A stretch of DNA of 64,000 bases from Spirochaetia bacterium (lineage in GTDB: Bacteria; Spirochaetota; Spirochaetia; DSM-2461), in NCBI GenBank assembly GCA_963668315.1, contig OY764216.1, positions 5,312,001-5,376,000 on the forward strand, written 5' to 3'. The translations under genes were made by a program, and so were the position numbers. The notes under the pieces were generated by a model. That model had not been told where the DNA came from. It saw nothing but the letters and a program-made list of their open reading frames with translations, and ran no database searches. Below are positions 38,692 to 48,420 of the stretch, piece by piece. Within the stretch, counting starts at the first letter, position 1. Each line of letters opens with the position of its first letter.

Positions 38692-39996
38692 TCAGGCCTC
38701 CTGGCCGTGCTCCCGGGATACGGCCAGGATATCCTCCGTCAGCGAGAGGAAAATATCCGCCAGCTGCGGATCAAACTTCCTGCCCCTCTCCTTTTCTATA
38801 AACGAGAGAGCCTCTTCATGGCTCATAGGCTCCTTGTAGGGACGTTTTGTCGTCAAGGCATCGTACACATCGGCCAGGGCCATAATCCGTGCCGAAAGGG
38901 GAATGGCTTCCCCCGAAAGACCCTCGGGATAGCCGCTTCCGTCCCAGTTCTCATGGTGGGAACGGACGATCTGATGGGCCAGCTCGAAATAGGTGAGGAA
39001 ATTCAGGGAAGATGCCGCTTCCTCCAGTACGTTCGCTCCCAGAAGGGGATGTTTTTTAATAGTCTCGAACTCCTCCTCGGTCAGCTTCCCCGGTTTCTGC
39101 AGGATATTGTCGGGAATCCCCACCTTGCCAATATCATGAAGCGGGGCGGATCTTACCAGATCGTCTACGTATTCCCGGGTCACGTAGTTCTGATATCTTT
39201 CATCATGATGAAGGGCTTCTCCCAGCAGGCGGCAGTACATGCTGGTCCGGTTTATATGGGCGCCCGTATTGTCATCGCGCAGTTCGGCAAGGCGGGACAT
39301 GGTGATGATGGTCAGGGACTGACTTTCATCCAGCCTGACGATGGTGCGCTTCTGATTGAGGTAACTGCGCAGAAAAAGGAGGAACAGACTGACATAAAAA
39401 AAGAATCCCCCGATGATAATAATGAGAAGTACCGATTTTCTGCTCTCCTCCAGAAGGGCGGGGAGCCGGCTGTCCCGTTCCACGACCTCCGCATAGCCAA
39501 TCCTCCTGCCCTCGTAATCGATGGGAATATGGAACCGCAGAATGAAATCGGGAGAATGAGAGAGAACTTCATAGTCATAATCCTTACGCTGCTTATCTTC
39601 CGGTTTATTCCAGGGGATTCCCCCCGCCGGGGTATCGTCTCCCGAATGAATCAGAAGCTCATGATCCCTGTCAAAGATCTTGATCGAAATAATCGAGGGG
39701 AACTGAAAAATATCCCTGAGGAAATGATCGAAGCTCCCGGCGGCATGGTCCTCTCCGCCATGACCGGATTCCTCTGTACGGTCCTCTTCCGCCTCCGGCA
39801 TCAGTAAATCAAAGAGCTGTAAAACTTCCTGGTAATTGTAGGGTATCTCCTCCATGAAAGCCTTGTAATAATCGCCATGGACGAGAACGGTATGGTTCGT
39901 CTGCTCCCGGATCAGGGCGGCCCCCAGAATATAGGCGACCCCCAGGGTCATGACAAAGGAGATCAGGGTATATTGAAACAGCAGGTTCTTGCGCAT
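38692..39996 (-). CDS. Membrane HD-GYP cyclic-dinucleotide phosphodiesterase
   Basis: Two TM segments, LHDIGK, HHENWDGSGYP, ADVYDAL..RPYK. Confidence 0.93.
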   Translation of the reverse strand: MRKNLLFQYTLISFVMTLGVAYILGAALIREQTNHTVLVHGDYYKAFMEEIPYNYQEVLQLFDLLMPEAEEDRTEESGHGGEDHAAGSFDHFLRDIFQFPSIISIKIFDRDHELLIHSGDDTPAGGIPWNKPEDKQRKDYDYEVLSHSPDFILRFHIPIDYEGRRIGYAEVVERDSRLPALLEESRKSVLLIIIIGGFFFYVSLFLLFLRSYLNQKRTIVRLDESQSLTIITMSRLAELRDDNTGAHINRTSMYCRLLGEALHHDERYQNYVTREYVDDLVRSAPLHDIGKVGIPDNILQKPGKLTEEEFETIKKHPLLGANVLEEAASSLNFLTYFELAHQIVRSHHENWDGSGYPEGLSGEAIPLSARIMALADVYDALTTKRPYKEPMSHEEALSFIEKERGRKFDPQLADIFLSLTEDILAVSREHGQEA

Positions 39997-40030
39997 CTTC
40001 TCTTAATTCTTTCCTTACAGACTCACTCCC

Positions 40031-41395
40031 TCAAGGAGTGTATTTCTCTTCTATCTCAAACTGTCCCATCATGCCGGCATCCTCGTGTTCCAGCATATGG
40101 CAGTGATACATGTAAATCCCCGTATAATCACGGAAGGACAGGCCGATTTCATAACGGTCCCCAGGCCAGAGCAGAATCGTATCCTTCGGCCCGCCGAGCA
40201 GGGGCGGCGGGGGTTCCCCGTTAAGACTCAGCACAGAAAACTGTACATCATGGACATGAAAGGAGTGGGGAACCGCCATCATTCCCGCCGGAACATTCAC
40301 CACCGTCCACACTTCATCGGTATCCTTCTCCAGGCGGAAGTCGATCCGGCCCATATCCATGGATTTTCCGTTTATGGTGAATCTTCCCATCATTCCCGTT
40401 TCCATGGTGAAATTCCGCCGGATATGATCGGCCTCGGGGCTGACGGGGGCATAGACGAGACTTTCGGGGTGCCCATAGAAACTGCCCGTCCCGGAACCGA
40501 CGGAAAAGGAAAGGGCCCTATCGAAAACAGCGCCTCCCCAGGTCTCCACCGTCAGCCCCCCCGTACCTTCCTCGGTAAAATCATAGAGAATTTCATAACG
40601 CTCACCCGGTGATATGACCAGTTGCGAAGTCCTGACTGATCGGGGGAGAAAACCTCCGTCACTGGCGAAGACGGTAAACTCCGATTGGTCGGAGAAAGAG
40701 ATCCTGAACACGGAAGAGTTGGAACCGTTCAGGATTCTGAAACGGTATGTCCCCTTCTCAAGGCGGAGCTCCGGCTCATGGGCTCCATTGACGAGGAGGC
40801 GGTTCCCCAGATATCCGTGCATGATATCGGGCATGGAAGGCCTGTAGGCGAACCGGCCCGAACGGTCAATGTCCCTGTCCTGAAGGATGAGGGGAATGTC
40901 ATTGACACCGTAATCACGGGGAAGGGAAAGGGAACGGGAGTAATCGTCATCGATGATAAACATCCCCGCCAGCCCCCGATAGACATGTTCCGCCGTCTTT
41001 CCCATCAAGTGGGGATGATACCAGAGGGTCGCCGCCGGCTGATCAATGGTAATCCGGGGCTTCCAGGCTTCTCCGGCTTTTATCACCTGACGGGGACCGC
41101 CGTCGTACTCTGCCGGAACATGAAGCCCGTGCCAGTGAACGGTCGTATCCTCCCTGAGCGTGTTAATGATGGTGAAAGCAATATCGTCCCCCTCCGAGAC
41201 TCTGATCGTCGGCCCCAGATAATCGCCGTTAAACCCCAAGGTTCGGCTGGTACCGAAGGGAAGGGTCAGCATCCCCTCCCGGATCTCCATTTCCAGGTTC
41301 CCTCCTTCGAGAAGGGGGGGAATGGGAAGAGAATCGGCAGGCAGACCGAATGAGAAGAATACAGTCGAAAAAACGGACCAGATGATCTTTTTCAT
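40031..41395 (-). CDS. Multicopper oxidase (CueO/SufI-like)
   Basis: HWHG, WYHPH, HSFHVH, HCHMLEHEDAGMM copper motifs; signal peptide. Confidence 0.95.
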   Translation of the reverse strand: MKKIIWSVFSTVFFSFGLPADSLPIPPLLEGGNLEMEIREGMLTLPFGTSRTLGFNGDYLGPTIRVSEGDDIAFTIINTLREDTTVHWHGLHVPAEYDGGPRQVIKAGEAWKPRITIDQPAATLWYHPHLMGKTAEHVYRGLAGMFIIDDDYSRSLSLPRDYGVNDIPLILQDRDIDRSGRFAYRPSMPDIMHGYLGNRLLVNGAHEPELRLEKGTYRFRILNGSNSSVFRISFSDQSEFTVFASDGGFLPRSVRTSQLVISPGERYEILYDFTEEGTGGLTVETWGGAVFDRALSFSVGSGTGSFYGHPESLVYAPVSPEADHIRRNFTMETGMMGRFTINGKSMDMGRIDFRLEKDTDEVWTVVNVPAGMMAVPHSFHVHDVQFSVLSLNGEPPPPLLGGPKDTILLWPGDRYEIGLSFRDYTGIYMYHCHMLEHEDAGMMGQFEIEEKYTP

Positions 41396-41495
41396 GGCTC
41401 AACCTCATCTCCAATATAATCAACGGCAGAGGGGAAAGCAAATTCACGGGAGTCCTTATTTCCGATAAGATTTTATCTATACCTGACTTTTTCCC

Positions 41496-41662
41496 TTGAC
41501 AATGGAAGACGAGCCGGTCAATAGTAAATACAAACCGATGTTATCGGTGTTTTCTGAGGATTCGGGCCGTGCCCGATCCAAGGAATCCGGGCGGTTCATG
41601 ATAAATGCCGCCCTGACCAGACTGATCTTAAGGAATGCGAATTCTGAGAGAGAGGAAACATG
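41496..41662 (+). promoter_or_regulatory. Promoter and structured 5' leader of the hydE operon
   Basis: TTGACA at 41496; three hairpins enclosed by GTGTTTTCT (41547-55) pairing with AGGAAACAT (41653-61). Confidence 0.5.
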
Positions 41663-42703
41663 CAGGAATCTCATTTAACCGCGGTAAGGGCCCTCAGCAG
41701 TGAGGAACTGACCGCTCTCTATTATCAGGCGGAAACAGAAGACCTGATAAGGCAGGCGGGAGAAGTATCATTTCACGTTCACGGACGGGATATTCTACTC
41801 CGCGGCCTGATCGAATTCACCAATTACTGTACCTCCAACTGTCTCTATTGCGGTATACGCCGGGGCAACCGTCTTGTAAACCGGTACCGGATGGACGAGG
41901 AGGAGATTCTCCTCGCCGTGGAGGCCGGCTTCGCGCGGGGGCTGAGGACGTTCGTCCTTCAGGGGGGCGAGGACCGGAAGTTCGGCACGGACCGGATCGC
42001 CCGGCTGACGGAGAAGATCAAAACGCGTACCGCCGGAGAAGCGGCGGTAACCCTGAGCTGCGGGATGAAAAGCCGCAAGGACTTCGCCACCCTGAAAAGT
42101 GCCGGCGGGGATCGCTACCTGCTGCGCTTCGAGACATCCGATCCGGATCTTCATGTCTACCTGAGAGACGGTAAGACCCTGGAAGAGCGGCTGGAAAATC
42201 TGGAGTGGATCAAGGAAGCGGGTTTTCAGAGGGGAAGCGGTTTCATGACCGGTCTTCCCGGGGAGACGGAGGAGACCCGCCTGAACAACGTGCTCCTCTG
42301 CCGGGAGCTGCAACTGGATATGGTCGGCATAGGCCCTTTTATTCCCCATCAGGATACCCCTCTGGCCCGATCGGAGCAGCAGGGTCTTGAGCATGCCCTG
42401 AGGGGAACGGCCCTCCTGCGCCTGGCATTGCCGGAAGCCCATATTCCCGCCACGACGGCGGCCGGCTCCCTTGTACCGGACGGACGGGAGCAGATGATCA
42501 GGGCCGGGGCCAATGTCCTCATGCCCAACCTGACTCAGACGGAGTACAAGAAAGATTATCTTCTTTACCCGGGAAAGATCTGCCTGGATGAAAGCGGCAT
42601 ACAGTGTATAGGCTGCCTCTCGGCGAGGGTAAAAACCGTGGACAGGGAGATCAGTTTCAGCCGGGGAGACGCCTTGAGGCTGACGGGGAAAGCCCGCTTA
42701 TGA
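41660..42703 (+). CDS. hydE: [FeFe]-hydrogenase maturase radical SAM HydE
   Basis: RGLIEFTNYCTSNCLYCG, YLLRFETS, GIGPFIPH..TPL, PATTA, GANVLMPN, YPGK and C-terminal Cx7Cx2C. Confidence 0.9.
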   Translation: MQESHLTAVRALSSEELTALYYQAETEDLIRQAGEVSFHVHGRDILLRGLIEFTNYCTSNCLYCGIRRGNRLVNRYRMDEEEILLAVEAGFARGLRTFVLQGGEDRKFGTDRIARLTEKIKTRTAGEAAVTLSCGMKSRKDFATLKSAGGDRYLLRFETSDPDLHVYLRDGKTLEERLENLEWIKEAGFQRGSGFMTGLPGETEETRLNNVLLCRELQLDMVGIGPFIPHQDTPLARSEQQGLEHALRGTALLRLALPEAHIPATTAAGSLVPDGREQMIRAGANVLMPNLTQTEYKKDYLLYPGKICLDESGIQCIGCLSARVKTVDREISFSRGDALRLTGKARL

Positions 42704-44058
42704 GAATTTACGGATCGGAAACGGAAAAAGCCCTCTCCTGGCTGGGAGAGGGACGGACCCCGCGCTCCCTGATAAGAGCCTACGGGGAAGTCAAACTGGC
42801 CGCTATCAGAGCTCAGCAGGAAACGGCAAACCCTTACCCGGAGGATTACTACCCCCTCCTGGAGGAGGCGCTCAGGGAGATTATACAGGGGGATCATGAC
42901 GACTCCTTTCCCCTTCCCCTGGCCCAGGGAGGCGCCGGTACCAGCCTGCACATGAATCTCTGCGAAACCGCCGCCGGCCTGGCCAATGGAAGATACAGCG
43001 GGTCGTTCAGCGCCCATCCCCTGGATCATCTGGCCCTCTTCCAGTCTACCAACGATACCTTCCCGACAGCGGTTATCCTCATGACCTACCGTTTCCTGGA
43101 AGAGACGGAAACCAACGTGGTGGCTCTGCAGGAAGCCCTGGTGGAGAGGGAAAAGCGGTACGAGGAGTGGATCATGTGCGGCAGGACGGAACTGCAGGAC
43201 GGTTTGCCTATCACCCTGGGACAGGTATTCGCCGCCTGGGCGGGTCCGGTGGAAAGGGACCGGTGGCGTCTGAACAAACTCAAGGAGCGCCTTCGCACCA
43301 TTCCCCTGGGAGGAACAGCCGTGGGAACCGGTTTCTCGGCGCCCCGGGATTATGTCTTCGCAGCGGAAAAGCATCTGCGCCGCATCACAGGCCTGCCTCT
43401 CTGCCGCAGCCAGAACCTCTGTGACGCCACCGCCCATACGGACAGCCTTTCCGAGTGCGCCGCCGGGCTGGGACTGTGCGGGGATAACCTATTCAAAATG
43501 GCCTCGGACCTTCTGCTTTACGGGGCGGGGCCGGTGGGAGAGATTCTCCACGGCGAGGTCCAGTACGGCTCGACCATCATGGCCCGCAAGACCAATCCGG
43601 TTTACCTGGAGCTGATACGGGGCCTGGCAATGGAATGCGCCTCCGCGGCCCGGCTTATCGGGGAATACAGCCGTTCCGGTCAATGGCAGCTGAACGCCAA
43701 CCTTCCCTTCCTGGCGGAGCAGATGATCAGACTGAGCGAAAGGCTCAACAAGGCTCTGCGAACGGCGGCCGGCCCTTTGATGGAGATACTGCAGCCCCGG
43801 AGGGATGTACTGGAGTACAATCTCTACAGGGGACCGGCCCTGATTAATACCCTGAGGAACTGTCTGGACTACTCTCTGCTGAAAGACCTCCTTCCCCTGC
43901 TCGAAGGGAAGAGCTTTTCAGGCAGGGAGGAACTGATAACCTGCCTGTCTGGGAATATAGATTTGCCGGAGAGTGAACTGAGGGAGAAGCTGGAATCCCA
44001 CCGGTTAACCGGATTTTCCCGATCCATACCCGCCCGCGAAGGAGAAAAACATGACTGA
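42700..44058 (+). CDS. Aspartate ammonia-lyase-like protein (fumarase/aspartase superfamily)
   Basis: YGSET, QGGAGTSLHMN, QSTNDTFPTA, GRTELQD, LGGTAVGTG, GSTIMARKTNP; ATGA overlap with the hydE stop. Confidence 0.85.
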   Translation: MRIYGSETEKALSWLGEGRTPRSLIRAYGEVKLAAIRAQQETANPYPEDYYPLLEEALREIIQGDHDDSFPLPLAQGGAGTSLHMNLCETAAGLANGRYSGSFSAHPLDHLALFQSTNDTFPTAVILMTYRFLEETETNVVALQEALVEREKRYEEWIMCGRTELQDGLPITLGQVFAAWAGPVERDRWRLNKLKERLRTIPLGGTAVGTGFSAPRDYVFAAEKHLRRITGLPLCRSQNLCDATAHTDSLSECAAGLGLCGDNLFKMASDLLLYGAGPVGEILHGEVQYGSTIMARKTNPVYLELIRGLAMECASAARLIGEYSRSGQWQLNANLPFLAEQMIRLSERLNKALRTAAGPLMEILQPRRDVLEYNLYRGPALINTLRNCLDYSLLKDLLPLLEGKSFSGREELITCLSGNIDLPESELREKLESHRLTGFSRSIPAREGEKHD

Positions 44059-45259
44059 AAAAGCCCTGGCCGAAACAACACGCATCGTGCTGACCGGCAT
44101 ACGTAACGCCGGGAAATCCTCCCTGATGAATAATCTGTTTGAAAAACAGGCCGCCATAGTTTCCGATACTCCCGGAACCACCACGGATCCGGTGACGAGG
44201 AAGATGGAACTGGGAAAACTGGGTCCCTGCGCCCTGACCGATACGGCGGGTTTCGACGATGTGGGAGAATTGGGAGCACAGCGCATAGAGAAAACCCGGG
44301 ACCGGCTGAATACGGCCGATCTTGTCCTCTTTATTACCCCCGGGAACCGCCCCGTTCTGTCGGAAGAACGGGAGATTCTGACAGCTCTCAAGGAGGGGAA
44401 GACACCCTGGATCGGAGTCGTGACATTCGGCGACAGCCCCCAACAGGGAGAGAAAGAACAGTTCTTCTCCGGCCAGGATTTTCTTCTGGTGGATAACAGC
44501 AGGAAAGAATCGGTCCGCCCTCTTCTGGCTCTCATGGAGGAAAAGGCCGCAAGGATTGACCGGGAACTGACGCCGGTGGAAGGGCTGGTAAAAGAGCAGG
44601 ACCTGGTTCTTCTGGTTACCCCCATAGACCTGGCGGCGCCGGCCGGAAGGCTTATCATGCCCCAGGTGGAGACGATACGGGATCTTCTGGACAGGGACTG
44701 CGCCGCCCTCATCCTGAAGGAGAGGGAGCTTTTCCCATTCTACCATAATCTGGGGATAAAACCTTCCCTGGTCATAACGGACAGCCAGGCGTTCCATAAG
44801 GTCGCCGCCGATATCCCGGAGAATCAGCCTTTGACCTCATTCTCCCTTCTTTTCGCCCGGAAAAAGGGAGATCCGGCCTATTTTATTGAGAGCCTGAAGG
44901 CGCTGAGGGACTTTCCCGAACAGGGACGGGTCCTCGTGATGGAAGCCTGCTCCCACCACAGGCAGGCCGATGATCTGGGAACGGTAAAAATCCCCCGGCT
45001 CTTCCGTCAGCTTGTCGGTTCCAGGGTGGAATTCGGACACAGCCGCAAAATGCCGGACAATCCCGAAGAGTGGGATATGGTGATCCACTGCGCCGGCTGC
45101 ATGGTCACCCAGAAAGCCATGCAGAATAAACTGGACCGGTTCAGGGAACGGGGGATACCGGTGCTGAACTACGGGCTTTTTCTGGCCTGGGCCAACGGAC
45201 TTCTTCCCCGGGCGCTGGAGCCTTTTCCCGAGCTGGCGGCACTCTATGAATCAGAATGA
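44051..45259 (+). CDS. hydF: [FeFe]-hydrogenase maturation GTPase HydF
   Basis: GIRNAGKSS, PGTTTDPV, DTAG, APAGRLIMPQV, TDSQAF, EACSHH...HCAGCM. Confidence 0.95.
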   Translation: MTEKALAETTRIVLTGIRNAGKSSLMNNLFEKQAAIVSDTPGTTTDPVTRKMELGKLGPCALTDTAGFDDVGELGAQRIEKTRDRLNTADLVLFITPGNRPVLSEEREILTALKEGKTPWIGVVTFGDSPQQGEKEQFFSGQDFLLVDNSRKESVRPLLALMEEKAARIDRELTPVEGLVKEQDLVLLVTPIDLAAPAGRLIMPQVETIRDLLDRDCAALILKERELFPFYHNLGIKPSLVITDSQAFHKVAADIPENQPLTSFSLLFARKKGDPAYFIESLKALRDFPEQGRVLVMEACSHHRQADDLGTVKIPRLFRQLVGSRVEFGHSRKMPDNPEEWDMVIHCAGCMVTQKAMQNKLDRFRERGIPVLNYGLFLAWANGLLPRALEPFPELAALYESE

Positions 45260-46960
45260 TTCCCGGGAGACGTCTTTGATCATCTCTTCGATATCCTCAT
45301 CAAGCTCTCCGTAGATCAGACGGGCCAGGTTGCGGTAGCGGGGAGAGATACCCACCCAGATATCCACCGCTTCCCGCCGGGCGTCGAGGTAACGGAAGAT
45401 AAGCTCTTCCCCCTCTTTCTGCTCGGCCAGGGGCAGGCGGTCCAGGGACACTTCCCTGTCTCTGATCCGCTCGGTCAGCCCGTCATAGATGCGGCGGTTT
45501 CGCTCGCTGGCCTCCCGGAGCGTTCCGTCCTCATCGCCGGCCATGGCCTGGCGCCGCAGTTTTAGGGCGTTTTCCAGGGCCCTATCAGCCTCATCCTGCC
45601 AGTCGAGGATTTCCCGGTATCCCTGGAAATACCTGTTTTCCCCGGAGAGGGACTGGGTGAAAATTTCCCCTAAATCCAAAGCCCTCTTTAAACTGCGGAA
45701 ATCCTGTTCCGTCTCTTTTTCCACTCCCGCAAGGGAAAAATAGCTTTCAAAGATATCCGGATCCACCGAAGAAATAAGGTAGAAGGAGCTGATATCATCC
45801 TCAGTGAGATCGGGATCGCCCTCCTGGGCGAGAAGAGAGACCAGTTCCACGGCAACTTCCGGTTCGGCTGTCCGGACATGCCGCTGGAGCTCTTCCCAGA
45901 TATCCTCTCCGAGGGAATTCAGGGAGAGCAGAATATCCCCTTCCAAGACCGGGTCACGCAGATCAAGCAGGGTGAGATAAAGGGGAAGAGCCGAGGGGGA
46001 ATTGATTTCCCGGAGAGTCCAGAGAATCAGCCTGTTGTTATACTCTTCCCCATCCCGGATCCCCTCCCCCAGATAGGGAACGGCCGTTTCTCCGTAGGAC
46101 TGGACAATAATAGCCGCCCTCTGCGCCAACAGCCTGTTGGAGTCGGCATAAAAAGAGATGAGAAGGGGAAGGCTTTTTTCGCTTTTTATCGCTTCCAGTA
46201 TCTGAAGGCAGCTGAGGCTCATGAGGTAGTCGCCGGAATGGATGTATCGGTCTACAAAGGGGAAGGCTTTCTCTCCGAACTGGTAGATTGCGGAAATACA
46301 GGCCCCCCAGACATCGGGATTCTCATCCTTGATCCCCTCGAAAAGCAGAGGGATGAGAGTGGGCTCGTTATAGTGCCCGATGATACGGTAGTACCCTGCT
46401 CTCAGGGAGGGGTCTTCGCTGTTTCTCAATTCATCCATTAGAGGACTGTTAAGGGTCACCTGACTTGAAAGGACTTTGGCCGCCCCGTTTTTCTTCCTGT
46501 CCGATTCGGAGGCGAAAAGCCCCACCATGGCATCCCGGCTTGATACGTCGCCGATATCGGTGAGAATCTGAAGAGCATTCAGACAAAGGTGATCTCCCAG
46601 GGTAGACAGATTTTCTTCCAGAAAAAGGCAGGTCCAGTCGGGGTGGGCTCCCATAATGCGGAAAGCCTCCTTCTTAACCCGGTCATCCTCGTCAAGGGTC
46701 GTCTCCAGGATAGGGGTGAGGAAATCATCATAACGATTGTTTTCCATGATATTCAGAGCGGCCAGACGGATAAGGGGATCCTCATCCAGCAAAAGGTCGG
46801 CGACATAGGGGATCTGCTCCTCTTCGATACGGAAACGCAGATTTCCCGCGGCTATCTGACGCTTTAAATCTTCCTGGAAAATGAGGGTTGATATATCATA
46901 ACTCCTGCATGCCGCCAAAAATATCAGCAATGCCGGGAGGAATCGGAATTTTCTCTTCAT
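45251..46960 (-). CDS. HEAT-repeat lipoprotein
   Basis: LAAC lipobox; repeated L.D.D..VR..A...L units. Confidence 0.75.
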   Translation of the reverse strand: MKRKFRFLPALLIFLAACRSYDISTLIFQEDLKRQIAAGNLRFRIEEEQIPYVADLLLDEDPLIRLAALNIMENNRYDDFLTPILETTLDEDDRVKKEAFRIMGAHPDWTCLFLEENLSTLGDHLCLNALQILTDIGDVSSRDAMVGLFASESDRKKNGAAKVLSSQVTLNSPLMDELRNSEDPSLRAGYYRIIGHYNEPTLIPLLFEGIKDENPDVWGACISAIYQFGEKAFPFVDRYIHSGDYLMSLSCLQILEAIKSEKSLPLLISFYADSNRLLAQRAAIIVQSYGETAVPYLGEGIRDGEEYNNRLILWTLREINSPSALPLYLTLLDLRDPVLEGDILLSLNSLGEDIWEELQRHVRTAEPEVAVELVSLLAQEGDPDLTEDDISSFYLISSVDPDIFESYFSLAGVEKETEQDFRSLKRALDLGEIFTQSLSGENRYFQGYREILDWQDEADRALENALKLRRQAMAGDEDGTLREASERNRRIYDGLTERIRDREVSLDRLPLAEQKEGEELIFRYLDARREAVDIWVGISPRYRNLARLIYGELDEDIEEMIKDVSRESF

Positions 46961-47028
46961 ATCGACCCTTTCAAACTACCCCGGAAAGGAGTCTTCCGTC
47001 AATCAGCCTAATAGGTTATAATCCCTCC

Positions 47029-48258
47029 ATGGAAAATAACATAAGGATTCCCATAGAGTCATTTCTGGCGCCCGGAGCGCTTAACTGGAGTCTCCCGAAA
47101 ACCGGGTTCATGGCCCAGGGGGCCGAAGCGGCCGGATCGGAGCTGAACAGCTCCATAGGGGTGGGCCTGAAAGATGACGGATCCCCCCTGATTCTCCCCG
47201 GCCTTTCGGAACAGAACAGCCTTGATGATCAGGCTCTGCTGTACAGCGGCTGTTCCGGTCAGCCCGGGCTCCGTGAGAAATGGGCCGGTCTGAAGAAACA
47301 GGCCCGGCAGCCCCTTGTTACGGCCGGTCTGACCCACGGATTGAACCTGGCCGGCCATCTGTTCCTGGCCCCGGGTGACACGCTCCATATACCCGGACCG
47401 GTATACGAAAACTATCACCATATTTTCGGCGGATATTTCCAGGCGAAAATTTCTTCCTTCCCCCTTACCAAAGGGGGAAAACTCAATATTGAGGGAATCG
47501 AAAATCTTCTGGCCGGACCGGAGGATATGGCCCGGATACTCTTTAACTTTCCCCAGAACCCCACCGGCTACACCCCTACGGAGGAAGATGTGAAGCGGCT
47601 CCTTCCCGTTCTGAAAACGAGCGCCGACGGGGGCAAGAGAATCCTGATCATACTTGACGATGCCTATCAGGGACTGAACCATACTCCCGGTCTATTCCCC
47701 GAGAGCCTTTTCACCCTGCTGGAGGATTTTCATGAGAATATTCTGGCGGTAAAACTGGACGGCGCCACCAAAGAGTACTGTGCCTGGGGTCTGCGCATCG
47801 GGTTCATCTCCTTCGGCCGGAAAGGTCTGACCGATGAAGAGTATGCCCTGCTTGAGGATAAAACCGCCTCGCTGATACGTTCGGGCATATCCAATGTTTC
47901 CCGTCTGGCCCAGGAAATGCTTCTGAATGTTCTGGAAAACGATGCCGTACCGGAGCAGAAGAAGGAAGCGGCGGCCCTTATAAAATCCCGCTATGAAAAA
48001 GCCAGGACGGAGCTGGATTCACACGAAGAGTATAAAACCCAGTTTACCGCCCTGCCCTTCAATGCGGGGTATTTTTTCTGCGTCAGGCTGAGAGACGGCC
48101 TGGATGCCCACGAAATAAGAAAGAAACTGCGCAGGGAGTACTCTACGGGAGTTATGGTACCGGAGGAAGGGCTTATCCGCCTGGCCTACTCTTCGGTGGC
48201 CGCCGATAAGATACCCGCTCTACTGGCAAATTTATATATGGCCTGCCGGGAATCCTGA
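47029..48258 (+). CDS. Class I/II PLP-dependent aminotransferase
   Basis: NFPQNPTGY, DDAY, DGATKE..WGLRIG (PLP Lys), IRLAYS. Confidence 0.92.
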   Translation: MENNIRIPIESFLAPGALNWSLPKTGFMAQGAEAAGSELNSSIGVGLKDDGSPLILPGLSEQNSLDDQALLYSGCSGQPGLREKWAGLKKQARQPLVTAGLTHGLNLAGHLFLAPGDTLHIPGPVYENYHHIFGGYFQAKISSFPLTKGGKLNIEGIENLLAGPEDMARILFNFPQNPTGYTPTEEDVKRLLPVLKTSADGGKRILIILDDAYQGLNHTPGLFPESLFTLLEDFHENILAVKLDGATKEYCAWGLRIGFISFGRKGLTDEEYALLEDKTASLIRSGISNVSRLAQEMLLNVLENDAVPEQKKEAAALIKSRYEKARTELDSHEEYKTQFTALPFNAGYFFCVRLRDGLDAHEIRKKLRREYSTGVMVPEEGLIRLAYSSVAADKIPALLANLYMACRES

Positions 48259-48286
48259 AGTTTTTTACTTTTTTTTGTCCATCCTA

Positions 48287-48315
48287 TTGACAGAAATCGG
48301 GCCTTTCGGTATTAT
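48287..48315 (+). promoter_or_regulatory. Sigma70 promoter of tRNA-Leu
   Basis: TTGACA-17 nt-TATTAT. Confidence 0.85.
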
Positions 48316-48330
48316 CGTCCATGCTGTTTC

Positions 48331-48414
48331 GCCCGGATGGTGAAATTGGTAGACACGCTAGTTTCAGGGACTAGTGCCAGTAATGGCGTGGAAGTTCGAG
48401 TCTTCTTCCGGGCA
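48331..48414 (+). tRNA. tRNA-Leu (anticodon CAG), CCA not encoded
   Basis: GCCCGGA/TCCGGGC acceptor stem, D-loop TTGGTAGAC, CTAGT-TTCAGGG-ACTAG anticodon arm, long variable arm, GTTCGAG T-loop. Confidence 0.97.
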
Positions 48415-48420
48415 GCAAAT

